Positions 42,834 to 52,188 of a stretch of 64,000 bases of DNA are shown here, one piece after another. The position numbers and the translations under genes were made by a program. The notes under the pieces were generated by a model. That model made no database searches. It had not been told where the DNA came from and saw nothing but the letters and a program-made list of their open reading frames with translations. The DNA comes from an uncultured Anaerolineales bacterium. Its GTDB lineage: Bacteria; Chloroflexota; Anaerolineae; Anaerolineales; UBA6663. Location of the stretch: NCBI GenBank assembly GCA_964608265.1, contig CAZSNP010000002.1, forward strand, positions 41,387 to 105,386, written 5' to 3'. The number at the start of each line of letters is the position of its first letter. The stretch's first letter is position 1.

Positions 42834-45428
42834 ATGGATCAACCCAACCTGGATCAGGACCCGAACGTCGGCCTGATCCAACGGATCAACATTGATCATC
42901 AGATGCGCTCGGCGTACCTCGATTACGCCATGAGCGTGATCGTGGCCCGCGCGCTGCCCGATGCGCGCGACGGCCTCAAGCCGGTGCAGCGCCGCATTTT
43001 GTACGCGATGCACGATATGGGCCTGCGCTCGAATGCGGCCTACAAGAAATCGGCCCGCATCGTCGGCGAGGTGCTGGGCAAGTATCACCCACACGGCGAC
43101 TCGGCGGTCTACGAAGCGATGGCCCGCCTGGCGCAGGATTTCTCGATGCGCTACATGCTGGTGGATGGGCAGGGCAACTTCGGCTCGGTGGATGGCGACG
43201 CGCCCGCCGCCATGCGGTATACCGAGGCCCGGCTGGCGCGCATGGCCGAGGAGATGCTGGCCGACATCGACAAGAACACGGTGGACTTCACCGACAACTT
43301 CGACGGCTCGCTGCAGGAGCCGAGCGTGCTGCCGGCGCGGCTGCCGAATCTGTTGCTCAATGGGGCTACCGGCATCGCCGTCGGCATGGCCACCAATATC
43401 CCGCCGCACAACCTGCGCGAGGTGGCAGCGGCCATTGCCCATTTGATTGATCATTACGACACCGCCGACGATGTCGGCGTCGAGGAGCTGATGCAGTTCG
43501 TGAAGGGGCCGGATTTCCCGACCGGCGGCATCATCGTCGGCCGCGAGGGCATCAACGCCGCGTATGGCGAGGGCAAGGGCCGCATCGTGGTGCGCGGCGT
43601 CGCCCACATCGAAGATATGAGCGGCAGCCGCCAGCGCATCGTCATCACCGAGCTGCCGTACATGGTCAACAAGGCCACGCTCATCGAGCGCATCGCCGAG
43701 CTGGTGCGCGATGAGCGCATTGACGCCATCAGCGATATGCGCGATGAGAGCGACCGGCGCGGCATCAGCGTCGTCATCGAACTCAAGCGCGGGGCGCAGG
43801 CGCGCAAAGTCCTCAACCAGCTCTACAAGTACACGGCGCTGCAATCCACCTTCGGCGTGCAGATGCTGGCGCTGATCACCGACGAGACGGGCCGGGCCGA
43901 GCCGCGCCTGCTGCGCCTCAAGCCCGCGCTGCAAGCCTTCATCGAGCACCGGCGCGTTGTCCTCACCCGCCGCACCGAGTTCGAACTGGAGCGAGCCCGC
44001 CGCCGTGCGCACATCCTCGAAGGCCTGCTCATCGCGCTGGCCAACCTCGACGCCGTCATCCAGACCATCCGCGAAAGCCCGGACGCCGAGGTGGCCAAAG
44101 AGCGCTTGATGACGCGCTTCAACCTGACGGACGTGCAATCGCAGGCCATCCTCGACATGCAGTTGCGCCGCCTGGCCGCGCTCGAACGCCAGAAGATCGA
44201 GGACGAGTACAAACAGGTCAAGGACGAGATCGCCTACCTCGAAGACCTGCTGGCCAATCCGAAGAAAATCCTGGCGCTGATCAAGACCGACCTCGGCGAG
44301 TTGGCCGAGAAGTACGGCGACGACCGCCGCACGCAGATCGCCGCCGAGGCGACCGAGTCGATGAGCGAGGAGGATTTGGTCGAGAACAAGCCGGTGCTCA
44401 TCTCCATCACCCAGCGCGGCTACATCAAGCGCACGCCGCAGGAGAAGTATCGCGCCCAGAGCCGTGGCGGCACCGGCGCGCGCGGCCAGGAGTTGCGCGA
44501 GGAGGATGTGGTGCAATACATCTTCCTCGCTCGCTCGCTCGACACGATTCTGTTTTTCTCGGATAAAGGCAAGGTGTACTCCGAGAAGTGCTATCAGATC
44601 CCGGAGGCCGACCGCGCCGACCGGGGCATCTCGCTGGCCAACATCATCAACATCCCGCAGGGCGAGAACGTCACCGCCGTGCTGCCGGTGCGCGATTTCG
44701 CCGACGCCGACTTCTGCACGATGGTGACGCGCAACGGCCGCATCAAACGCATCGCGCTGAGCGAGTTCGCCTCGGTGCGCCCGTCGGGCATCATCGCCAC
44801 CAATCTGGATGACGGCGACACGCTCGGCTGGGTGCGGCTGACGACGGGCAAGGATGAGATCATCATCGTCACCGAGATGGGGCAGGCGCTGCGTTACGAG
44901 GAAACCGAGGTGCGCGCGATGGGCCGCACGGCGGCGGGCGTCACCGCCATCCGCCTCGACGACGGCGACTTTGTGACCAGCATGGAAGTCGTCGAGCCGG
45001 ACGGCGAATTGCTGGTGGTGGCGGCCAATGGCTACGGCAAGCGCACCGCCTTCCGCGAGTACTCGGCCAAGGGCCGCGCGACGATGGGCGTCGCCACCAT
45101 CGCGCACAGGAATTTGGAGACGACGGGCCGCATCGTCTCGGCGCGGGCGGTGCGCGAGGAGGACGACATCACCCTCATCACCACCAACGGCCAGACGTTG
45201 CGGCTGAAGGTGGCCGAGGTGCGCCAGAGCGGTCGCAGCACGATGGGCACGCGGCTGATCAATGTGAAAGACGGCGACAGCGTGGCCTCGGTGGCGCGGC
45301 TGGCGGCGAAGGATTTGGCCGCGCCGGTGGAGGAAACAAAGGCGACGAATGGGAAAGAAACGAGGGAAATAGCGGCAACGAAGGAAACGGCCATCGCTGA
45401 GGTGAGCAGCAACGGGGCGGCGGAGTAG
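42834..45428 (+). CDS. gyrA: DNA gyrase subunit A
   Basis: [57 protein letters not shown], and C-terminal beta-pinwheel repeats. ATG 42834 has a GAAGG SD (the track's GTG 42816 is possible). Confidence 0.95.
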   Translation: MDQPNLDQDPNVGLIQRINIDHQMRSAYLDYAMSVIVARALPDARDGLKPVQRRILYAMHDMGLRSNAAYKKSARIVGEVLGKYHPHGDSAVYEAMARLAQDFSMRYMLVDGQGNFGSVDGDAPAAMRYTEARLARMAEEMLADIDKNTVDFTDNFDGSLQEPSVLPARLPNLLLNGATGIAVGMATNIPPHNLREVAAAIAHLIDHYDTADDVGVEELMQFVKGPDFPTGGIIVGREGINAAYGEGKGRIVVRGVAHIEDMSGSRQRIVITELPYMVNKATLIERIAELVRDERIDAISDMRDESDRRGISVVIELKRGAQARKVLNQLYKYTALQSTFGVQMLALITDETGRAEPRLLRLKPALQAFIEHRRVVLTRRTEFELERARRRAHILEGLLIALANLDAVIQTIRESPDAEVAKERLMTRFNLTDVQSQAILDMQLRRLAALERQKIEDEYKQVKDEIAYLEDLLANPKKILALIKTDLGELAEKYGDDRRTQIAAEATESMSEEDLVENKPVLISITQRGYIKRTPQEKYRAQSRGGTGARGQELREEDVVQYIFLARSLDTILFFSDKGKVYSEKCYQIPEADRADRGISLANIINIPQGENVTAVLPVRDFADADFCTMVTRNGRIKRIALSEFASVRPSGIIATNLDDGDTLGWVRLTTGKDEIIIVTEMGQALRYEETEVRAMGRTAAGVTAIRLDDGDFVTSMEVVEPDGELLVVAANGYGKRTAFREYSAKGRATMGVATIAHRNLETTGRIVSARAVREEDDITLITTNGQTLRLKVAEVRQSGRSTMGTRLINVKDGDSVASVARLAAKDLAAPVEETKATNGKETREIAATKETAIAEVSSNGAAE

Positions 45429-45432
45429 AGAG

Positions 45433-45476
45433 GCGGGTTTTGCCACCCTCAGCCGTCCGTTTCCAACGGATGGCGG
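45433..45476. repeat. 45-nt repeat family 'R2', copy B, just downstream of gyrA
   Basis: GCGGGTTT-9nt-CAGCCGTCCGTTTCCAACGGATGGCGGG. It has the same spacing and the same G.T wobble position as copy A. Confidence 0.7.
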
Positions 45477-45507
45477 GCGCGGCGGTGACGAGCACCAATC
45501 ACAAGTT

Positions 45508-46869
45508 ATGACCCTCCCCACCCTGCGCGCGGCGGGCCAGCAAATGGCCTACCTGCCCTCGACAACGGCGGAGCCGCTGGCCGAGTGCCTCGTCGCCTTT
45601 GCCAACAGCGACGGCGGCTCGGTCATCCTCGGGCTGGACGAGAAGGGCCGCATCCTCAACGGCGTGCATCCCGAAGAGCTTGAGAATGCGCTCAAATCGG
45701 CCGAGCGGCTATGCCGCCCCCCCATCGTCACCGGCTGGGAGCAGATCGAAACGCCGAGTGGCACAGCGTATGCGATCAAAGTGCCGCGCTCGCCGGAACT
45801 GCACTCGCTGGCCGATGGGCGCGTGTTGATTCGCGTCGGCGCCGAGAACCGGCCGCTGGGCGGCGACCAGATCCGGCAACTGGCCGCCACCAAATCCTCG
45901 GCCGACTTCGAGGCCGAGCCGATGCCGGGCGCGCGCCGCGACGACCTCGACGAGGAGATGATCACCGAATACGTCGAGAAGCGACAGCAGCGCCAGCGGC
46001 GCGTCATCACCGAGACGCCGGATGAATTGCTGCAAGAGATCGGCGCCCTGTCGCGCGACGGCGCCCCCACGACCAGCGGCTTGCTGTTGTTCGGGCGCAA
46101 CCCCAATCAGTTCATCCCGCACGCCGGACTCGTCTTCGTCAAATTCCCCGGCACGCAGCCGGGCGGCGAGGGCGGCCTGGCCGGTTACGGCCGGCGCGAA
46201 GAGTTCAACGGCCCGCTGGCGCGCGTCATCGAGGGCGCGTGGCAGGTCATCTGGGGGGAGATGGCGGTGGGGGCCGTCGTCACCGGGCTGGAGCGGCAGG
46301 AGATCGCCGAATACCCGGCCTTTGCCGTCCGCGAGGCGCTCGTCAATGCCGTGTGCCATCGCGATTACCGATTGAAGGGGCGGCGCATCGAAGTTCGCAT
46401 GTACTCCGACCGGCTCGAAGTCATCTCCCCCGGCGGGCTGCCCGGCTTCATCACCGTCGACAACATCGTGGATGAGCACTTCTCGCGCAACCCGCGTCTG
46501 GTGAATGGGTTGTTTCAATGGGGCTACATCGAGGAACTCGGCCTCGGCATTGACCGCATGATCGAGGACATGGTAAACGGCGGGCATCCACCGCCCAGGT
46601 TCGAGCCGAAGCCGTACTCGTTCACCGTCACCCTGTACAACGCCCGCGAACGCAAGCCCATCCCCAAATGGGAAAACGTGATGAACGAGCGGCAGGCGCG
46701 CGCCCTCAACTTCATCCGCGACAACGGGCGGATCACGAGCCGCGATTATCAACTGCTCTGCCCGGATGTGTCGCCCGAGACCCTGCGGCTGGATTTGCAG
46801 GATCTGGTCAACCGGGGCCTGCTGCTGCGCATCGGTGCGAAGAAGGGCACGTATTATGTGTTGAAATGA
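45508..46869 (+). CDS. AlbA_2/Schlafen-like domain + ATPase-like domain + C-terminal wHTH (COG2865-type putative regulator)
   Basis: ECLVAFANSDGGSVILGLDEKG (AlbA_2). REALVNAVCHRDY...I.V..Y.DR.EV.SPGGLP (HATPase_c_4-like). C-terminal RITSRDYQLLCPDVSPETLRLDLQDLV.RGLL. Confidence 0.75.
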   Translation: MTLPTLRAAGQQMAYLPSTTAEPLAECLVAFANSDGGSVILGLDEKGRILNGVHPEELENALKSAERLCRPPIVTGWEQIETPSGTAYAIKVPRSPELHSLADGRVLIRVGAENRPLGGDQIRQLAATKSSADFEAEPMPGARRDDLDEEMITEYVEKRQQRQRRVITETPDELLQEIGALSRDGAPTTSGLLLFGRNPNQFIPHAGLVFVKFPGTQPGGEGGLAGYGRREEFNGPLARVIEGAWQVIWGEMAVGAVVTGLERQEIAEYPAFAVREALVNAVCHRDYRLKGRRIEVRMYSDRLEVISPGGLPGFITVDNIVDEHFSRNPRLVNGLFQWGYIEELGLGIDRMIEDMVNGGHPPPRFEPKPYSFTVTLYNARERKPIPKWENVMNERQARALNFIRDNGRITSRDYQLLCPDVSPETLRLDLQDLVNRGLLLRIGAKKGTYYVLK

Positions 46870-46919
46870 CTGGGCGACCCCCCGGGTCTCCCCGCTGGCG
46901 GCTGGATTATTACCCTAGG

Positions 46920-46952
46920 TTATCCCAAACTTATCCCAAATTACCCAAATTC
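46920..46952 (+). promoter_or_regulatory. direct repeats TTATCCCAAAC / TTATCCCAAAT / TACCCAAAT at ~11-bp period (candidate regulator binding array)
   Basis: Read directly; located 50-80 nt upstream of the TAGAAT box of the downstream HK gene, in a locally AT-richer spacer. Confidence 0.3.
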
Positions 46953-47000
46953 CCCGAGAAATTCCGGCTTATGTCCTATTTCGGGATAGCGCCACCGATC

Positions 47001-47006
47001 TAGAAT
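47001..47006 (+). promoter_or_regulatory. -10-like box TAGAAT, 7 nt upstream of HK ATG 47014
   Basis: TAGAAT TGTCTCG ATG. Confidence 0.35.
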
Positions 47007-47013
47007 TGTCTCG

Positions 47014-48666
47014 ATGGCTCTCCGCAAGTTCTTCGGTTTTGTGCTGCTCTTCGGGGTGACGCTGGCCGTCCTGCTGGCTGCATTGTGGGCCGCCCCTCCG
47101 TTTGTCGCCCAACTGACGCCCGAGCAAATCCTGCCGACCACCCTTGGCCTGGGCGTCATCGCCGCGCTCGTCATCGTGATGGTCTCCCTCCTCGTCTCGA
47201 TGCTGACCGGCGGTGAAGAGGCCAGTGTCTCATTCGACCCCACGCGCCTCGCCGCCGACTACAGCCAGCGCCTCACCGGAATCGCCGACGATGCCAGGCT
47301 GGCCGAGACCACCGGCGATTTGCTGGCGCAACATTTGAAAGTCCATCGCTCCGGCTGGCTGATGCTGACGGCGAACAACGTCGCCTTCGCCGCGCAGCCG
47401 GTGCCGGGGCAGGGCAGCTTCCCGTCCGCGCCGGCCGAGCTCTCGCGCGCCAACGGCCTCATCCGGCTGTTGACTCAGAAGCGCGGGCCGGTGCTGCATG
47501 CCGAGCTCGACATCGAACGCATGCCGCCGGCCGAGCGCGATTGGTTGCGGATGCTGGGCGCGGAGGCGTATGCGCCGGTGTTCGATGCCGGCATCCTGAC
47601 CGCCGCGCTGGCCGTCGGGCCGAAGGGCGAGGGCAAAGCCTTCAGCCGCAGCGATCTGGATCTGCTCGGGCTGCTCGCCGCGCTCAGCGGGCCGGCGCTG
47701 AAAACCACCCGCGCCACCGCCGACCTCAACATCGCCAACGCCTCGCTGGCGGCGCTCAACGAATCACTGCGCGAGAAAAGCAGCGCCGTCGAAAAGATCG
47801 ACAGCTCCCGCAGCGACTTCCTCGCCATCGCCTCGCATGAGCTGCGCACGCCCGTCACCCAATTGCTTGGCTTCGCCGATTTGCTCGGCGCGATGGCCGA
47901 CGACAACACGCTCGACCGCGCCTCGGTGAAGCAGGCCACCGATAGCATCGTCAAATCGTGCGCGCGGCTCAACGAAGTCGTCAATCAAATCCTGGATATG
48001 GCCCAGCTCGACTCGAACGCGCTGCAACTACGTTTCAAGGATACGACCCTCGAGGCGGTGTTGCGCCTGGCCATCGAGCCGTATCTGCCGGCGGTGCGCG
48101 AGCGCCGGCTCAACGTGCACCTCAACGGCCTCAGGCATATGCCGGCCATCCATGTGGATGAGGCGCGCCTGGCCCAGGCCCTGAGTCAATTGACGAGCAA
48201 CGCCATCAAGTACACGCCCGACGGCGGGACGATTGATATCAGCGTGCGGATGCTGCCGCCCGAGGGCAACCTGCCGCCGAGCGCGCACATCACCTTCGCC
48301 GACAGCGGCATCGGCATCGACCCGCAGTATCAGCAATTGATCTTTGAGAAGTTCTACCGCATCGGCCGTTCGGCCCAACACACCACCAGCACGACGAAGT
48401 TCATGGGCGGCGGGCCGGGCCTCGGGCTGTCGATTGCGAAGGGCGTCATCGAGCGGCACGGCGGCCGGGTGTGGGCCGAAAGCGATGGGCACGACGCCGC
48501 CAAGCTCCCCGGCAGCCGCTTCCACGTCCTGCTCCCCATCAAGCCGCCGGCCTTTGACCCGCGCGCGCTCGAGGACGCAACCGGCGCGGGCAATGGCAAC
48601 GGTGGCGCGCGCCCCACACGCCCGCTGCCCCGCACCGACCCGTTCGTGCCCACCCTGCCCAGCTGA
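47014..48666 (+). CDS. sensor histidine kinase (2 TM, GAF-like, HisKA, HATPase_c)
   Basis: H-box ASHELRTPVTQL; N/G boxes LTSNAIKYTPDGG, DSGIGI, GGPGLGLSIAKGVIERHGG. Confidence 0.8.
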   Translation: MALRKFFGFVLLFGVTLAVLLAALWAAPPFVAQLTPEQILPTTLGLGVIAALVIVMVSLLVSMLTGGEEASVSFDPTRLAADYSQRLTGIADDARLAETTGDLLAQHLKVHRSGWLMLTANNVAFAAQPVPGQGSFPSAPAELSRANGLIRLLTQKRGPVLHAELDIERMPPAERDWLRMLGAEAYAPVFDAGILTAALAVGPKGEGKAFSRSDLDLLGLLAALSGPALKTTRATADLNIANASLAALNESLREKSSAVEKIDSSRSDFLAIASHELRTPVTQLLGFADLLGAMADDNTLDRASVKQATDSIVKSCARLNEVVNQILDMAQLDSNALQLRFKDTTLEAVLRLAIEPYLPAVRERRLNVHLNGLRHMPAIHVDEARLAQALSQLTSNAIKYTPDGGTIDISVRMLPPEGNLPPSAHITFADSGIGIDPQYQQLIFEKFYRIGRSAQHTTSTTKFMGGGPGLGLSIAKGVIERHGGRVWAESDGHDAAKLPGSRFHVLLPIKPPAFDPRALEDATGAGNGNGGARPTRPLPRTDPFVPTLPS

Positions 48667-48711
48667 GGGCGACATTCAAAGGCGCAGGGGAGTAGGAATC
48701 ACACAAAAGAA

Positions 48712-48745
48712 AACAGCGGAGCCAGTTTGGCTCCGCTGTTTTGTT
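48712..48745. terminator. bidirectional rho-independent terminator
   Basis: AACAGCGGAGCC-agttt-GGCTCCGCTGTT flanked by an A-run and TTTGTTGT. Confidence 0.8.
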
Positions 48746-48754
48746 GTGCGTCCG

Positions 48755-50185
48755 TTACGGCTTCCCGTTCACCGCCGGCTGTGGCGCGTCCACATCCTCG
48801 GGCGAGGCGGCCTCAGCCGGGGCGCCGGCGCGTTTGAGGGCGCGTTGAAGCTGCCAGAGCACAAAACGCACCCGCAGCGCCATCGCGCGGGCGACGTTCC
48901 ACAACACGCGCGTGCCGAGTTCGGGGTCGTCGTCGGCCATCGCCGCCAGCCGGTCGCGGTCGAGGACGAGCAGCGTCGTGCCCTCCGGCCCGGCGCGCAG
49001 ATCGGCGCTGCGTTGCCCGCCGTCGAGCATGGCCAGCTCGCCGGTGATGCTGCCGGGCTTGAGCGTGGCGAGGTGTTTGAAGTTGCCGGTGTCCTGCACC
49101 GCGCCCACGTTGTCCGGGTCGCTCCACACCTCCACGTTGCCGTCGCGCACGATGTACATCTCGTTGCCGCCATCCTGCATGCGGGCGATGACCTCGTGCG
49201 GGGCGTAACGGTGCTGGCGGAACTGGGCGGCCAGGCGCAGCAATTGGGCGTGGTTGAGGTTGTTGCCGACATCCGAATTGGCGAGGAATTGCGCCACGCT
49301 CTGAGTATCGGCCAGGTCATCATCGGCGATGGTCTTGAGTTCGGTGCTGAGCTGCGGCAGGCCGAGGAAGGCGGCGATGTGGCGACGCGTCTGCTCGGGC
49401 GTCTCGAACTGCGGCCAGTGCCCGGCCTTGGGGATGATGCGCAGGTCGGCCTGCGGCCACTCGTCGGCCACCACGCCCGAATCGCGCAGCGGCACGGTGT
49501 TGTCCTCCGCGCCCCACAGCACCATCGTCGGCGGCTCGATGCCGCCCAGCTTGCCGCTCAAATCGTTGTCGCGCATCGCATAAAAACACTCGTACCGCGT
49601 GCGGCCCTGGCCGGGGCGGCGGGCGTCGGCGCGCAGCCGCTTGTACGTCTCCTCGGTGATGCCGGTGCGCTGCGAAAACGAGATCGGCCGCATAAGCATG
49701 TCGGTCAGGCTGGTGAAGGTGTTTTCGAACGTCGAGACCAGCAAACTGCCGAGGCCAAAACGCTCCATGATGGTGATGGGCGAGATGAGGAAGTTGATGA
49801 AGGTGGAGAGTTTGCCGCTGACCGTCGGGCAGACCAGCACCATCCGCTCGATGAGCACCGGGTGGCGCATGGCCAGCGTCATCCCGATCATGCCGCCCAT
49901 CGAGTGACCGATGAGGACCGCCGGGCCGTTGCCCTCGCGCTCGATCAACTCCGCCAGCAGGTCGGCGTAGGCCGCGATCGTCACCCGTTCCTTCAACGGC
50001 GGCGACTGGCCGTAACCGGGCAGATCCACCGCGAGGCAATGAAAGCGTTGCGAGAGCAGGGGGACGAGCGAGGAGAGGGCGTAATGCGAGCTTGACCAGC
50101 CGTGGATGAGGAGGGCCAGTTGCCGGTTGGGGTTGCCCTCTTCGTCCGCGGCGAGGCGTTGCCCGCCGACTTCGAAGACTTTCAC
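48755..50185 (-). CDS. alpha/beta hydrolase fused to a C-terminal cyclic-nucleotide-binding domain
   Basis: LLIHGWSSS...GHSMGG (hydrolase). C-terminal IVRDGNVEV...GSITGELAMLDGGQRSADLRA (cNMP phosphate-binding cassette). GTG start with GGAGA SD. Confidence 0.8.
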   Translation of the reverse strand: MKVFEVGGQRLAADEEGNPNRQLALLIHGWSSSHYALSSLVPLLSQRFHCLAVDLPGYGQSPPLKERVTIAAYADLLAELIEREGNGPAVLIGHSMGGMIGMTLAMRHPVLIERMVLVCPTVSGKLSTFINFLISPITIMERFGLGSLLVSTFENTFTSLTDMLMRPISFSQRTGITEETYKRLRADARRPGQGRTRYECFYAMRDNDLSGKLGGIEPPTMVLWGAEDNTVPLRDSGVVADEWPQADLRIIPKAGHWPQFETPEQTRRHIAAFLGLPQLSTELKTIADDDLADTQSVAQFLANSDVGNNLNHAQLLRLAAQFRQHRYAPHEVIARMQDGGNEMYIVRDGNVEVWSDPDNVGAVQDTGNFKHLATLKPGSITGELAMLDGGQRSADLRAGPEGTTLLVLDRDRLAAMADDDPELGTRVLWNVARAMALRVRFVLWQLQRALKRAGAPAEAASPEDVDAPQPAVNGKP

Positions 50186-50257
50186 GGTCGTCGTTCTCCA
50201 GGTCTGCCGTCGGCCCGTATTCTAATTCCGGTTGCCAAAACGGGCACGCGGTACCTG

Positions 50258-50686
50258 TTATGGATTCGTTTGCGGGGCGAGGCGCGGCAGCAGGTGTTCG
50301 ATGGTTTCTTTGAGCTGGCGCAGGCGCACCGGCTTGCTGAAGTAGGCCGTCGCCCCGGCGGCGAGGCAGCGCTCGCGGTCGCCGGGCATGGCGAAGGCGG
50401 TTTGCACGATGATGGGGATCGCGGCGGTCGCCGCCTCGTTCCGTAACTGGCGGGTGGCCTCCAGCCCGTCGAGGCGCGGCATCTGGATATCCATCAGCAC
50501 CACATCGGGGTTGAGGCTGCGCGCCATCGCCACCACTTGGGCGCCGTCGCGCGCCACCTCGACGCGGGCGCCCAGCCAGCGCAGATAGCTGCTGAGGGTG
50601 GTGATGCTGGTCTCACTGTCCTCGGCGAGCAAGATCAGCGGTGGGTGCACCCGCCAGGTGTCAGTGGTTTTCCCCGAATCATCCAT
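50258..50686 (-). CDS. single-domain response regulator
   Basis: LILLAEDSE...VVLMDIQMPRLDGLEATRQLR...PIIVQTA...AGATAYFSKP. Only the 3' 429 nt of track ORF 50258..51739. Confidence 0.8.
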   Translation of the reverse strand: MDDSGKTTDTWRVHPPLILLAEDSETSITTLSSYLRWLGARVEVARDGAQVVAMARSLNPDVVLMDIQMPRLDGLEATRQLRNEAATAAIPIIVQTAFAMPGDRERCLAAGATAYFSKPVRLRQLKETIEHLLPRLAPQTNP

Positions 50687-50709
50687 GCCCCCATTATGGC
50701 CAAAGCCAC

Positions 50710-52047
50710 TCACCCCGATGGTGTGCGATGGTGGGCGGTATGGCGAGGTTCGGCGACCCAGCCCATTAGCATCACCCCGCCGGTCACGGCCAGCGCGAGT
50801 GAAACGGCGAACAGCACGGGATAGTTGAAAGTCTGCGCCAGCCAGCCGCCGACCAGCGGCGCGATGAGGAGCGCCGGCCCGGTGACGGTGCGCGTCAGCC
50901 CGATATACGTCGGTCGCTCGGCCTCCGGCCCGAACTCCATCGCCAGGTTCACATCGGAGAGTGTGCCGGCGGCATTGCTGAAGCCCATCAGCGCGAAGAC
51001 GAGGTAGAACCCCCACAGCGTCGGCACGGTCAGCGCCACGACCAGCGCGCCGGCCCACAACGCCGAGGCAAAAACCATCACGCGTTTGTGCCCATACCGG
51101 TCGCCCACCGTCCCCCACACCGCATAACCGATGACGCCCGCGCCGAACAGGATGCCGGTGAAGGTCGCCGAGACCGCATCCTCGAGTTGAAAGCGCTCGA
51201 CGGCGTACACGGCCAGAAATCCCGCCGCCATGCCGCCGCTGTAACTCAACCATCGGCTCGAAAGATAGTTGCGGAAGTTGGCATTGCCGCGCAGGATGGC
51301 GAACAGACGTTGGGCATAGGCGCGGTTGAGTCGGACCACGTTGGCCGGGTCGGCAGTCGCCACGGTCACCGCCGGTTCTTTCGTGAGGGTGATGAAGGCG
51401 AGCGAGGCCCAAATCCCCACCGCCCCCACGCCGAAGCTCAGCGCGAAGTTCTGCGGGTAGGGCCACGCAGCCAGGATCCACGCCGCCAGCGCCGCGCCGC
51501 CGATGCCGAGCAGTTGCCCGGCGACGTGCGCGATGCCGAAGAAGCGCCCGCGATGGGTGACCGGGATGACCTTGGCCAGCATCTCCTGCCACGGCGTGGC
51601 GACGAAGCCGCTGCCGAGCGCGCGCCACAGGATGATGAGGAGGAAGGCCGTCACCGCCACCGGCTGCGGTTGGCCCGGCAACCACAGCGCCATGAACGGC
51701 AGCAGCGCAAACGGCACGCGCTCGAACGCGCCGAGCCACAACACCAGTGGCAGCTTGCGCGGCAGCCGTTCGACCAGCGGCGCGAAGAAGAGTTGCGGCA
51801 GGAACCAGCCCGCGTCAATGAGCGCGGGGATAAGGCCGAGGAAGATGGGCGAGTCGGAGAGGCGGCTGGCGTACACCGGCAGGACGGCGCTGACCGAGAG
51901 GAAGCTGATGCCGAACAACCATGTCGTCATGTCGCCGGCGTTGGCGAGGAAGTTGCGGGCGAAGTGCTGCGCGATCTCGGGCGGGCGAGCCGGGTCGGGC
52001 GGCAGAGTGAAGAATTGCCGGAGGCGGGCGGATAGTGATGAGAGCAT
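50710..52047 (-). CDS. MFS transporter
   Basis: 12 predicted TM segments and an MFS loop motif (GTVGDRYGHKRVM). ATG 52047 preferred over the track start 52122. Confidence 0.8.
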   Translation of the reverse strand: MLSSLSARLRQFFTLPPDPARPPEIAQHFARNFLANAGDMTTWLFGISFLSVSAVLPVYASRLSDSPIFLGLIPALIDAGWFLPQLFFAPLVERLPRKLPLVLWLGAFERVPFALLPFMALWLPGQPQPVAVTAFLLIILWRALGSGFVATPWQEMLAKVIPVTHRGRFFGIAHVAGQLLGIGGAALAAWILAAWPYPQNFALSFGVGAVGIWASLAFITLTKEPAVTVATADPANVVRLNRAYAQRLFAILRGNANFRNYLSSRWLSYSGGMAAGFLAVYAVERFQLEDAVSATFTGILFGAGVIGYAVWGTVGDRYGHKRVMVFASALWAGALVVALTVPTLWGFYLVFALMGFSNAAGTLSDVNLAMEFGPEAERPTYIGLTRTVTGPALLIAPLVGGWLAQTFNYPVLFAVSLALAVTGGVMLMGWVAEPRHTAHHRTPSG

Positions 52048-52188
52048 GACAGTGCGCGGGGGAAATTGTCGCCATGAATTGACACGCATGAACACGAAGG
52101 GGGCTTCGTGAAATGTGTGCAAATCGTGGCGAAAACTTTGGTCTTGTTTCGACGGAGCCTGCTTGAGATGGAGGTGGACGCGCCGGAA

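Noticed and set aside
37869-45521. 2550-aa minus-strand ORF, the longest in the track
   Set aside because: Only its 3' third (37869-40367) has real protein character (penicillin acylase, with its own TM start, SD and promoter). The rest is the antisense shadow of the GT-C transferase and gyrA genes, which have unmistakable motifs on the plus strand. Its translation is Arg/Gly/Ala/His-rich low-complexity sequence, typical of stop-poor antisense frames in high-GC DNA.
50687-51739. Upstream 350 codons of ORF 50258..51739 fused to the response regulator
   Set aside because: That part is an out-of-frame reading through the MFS transporter gene (50710..52047), which shows proper TM periodicity in its own frame. 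The receiver domain begins at ATG 50686.
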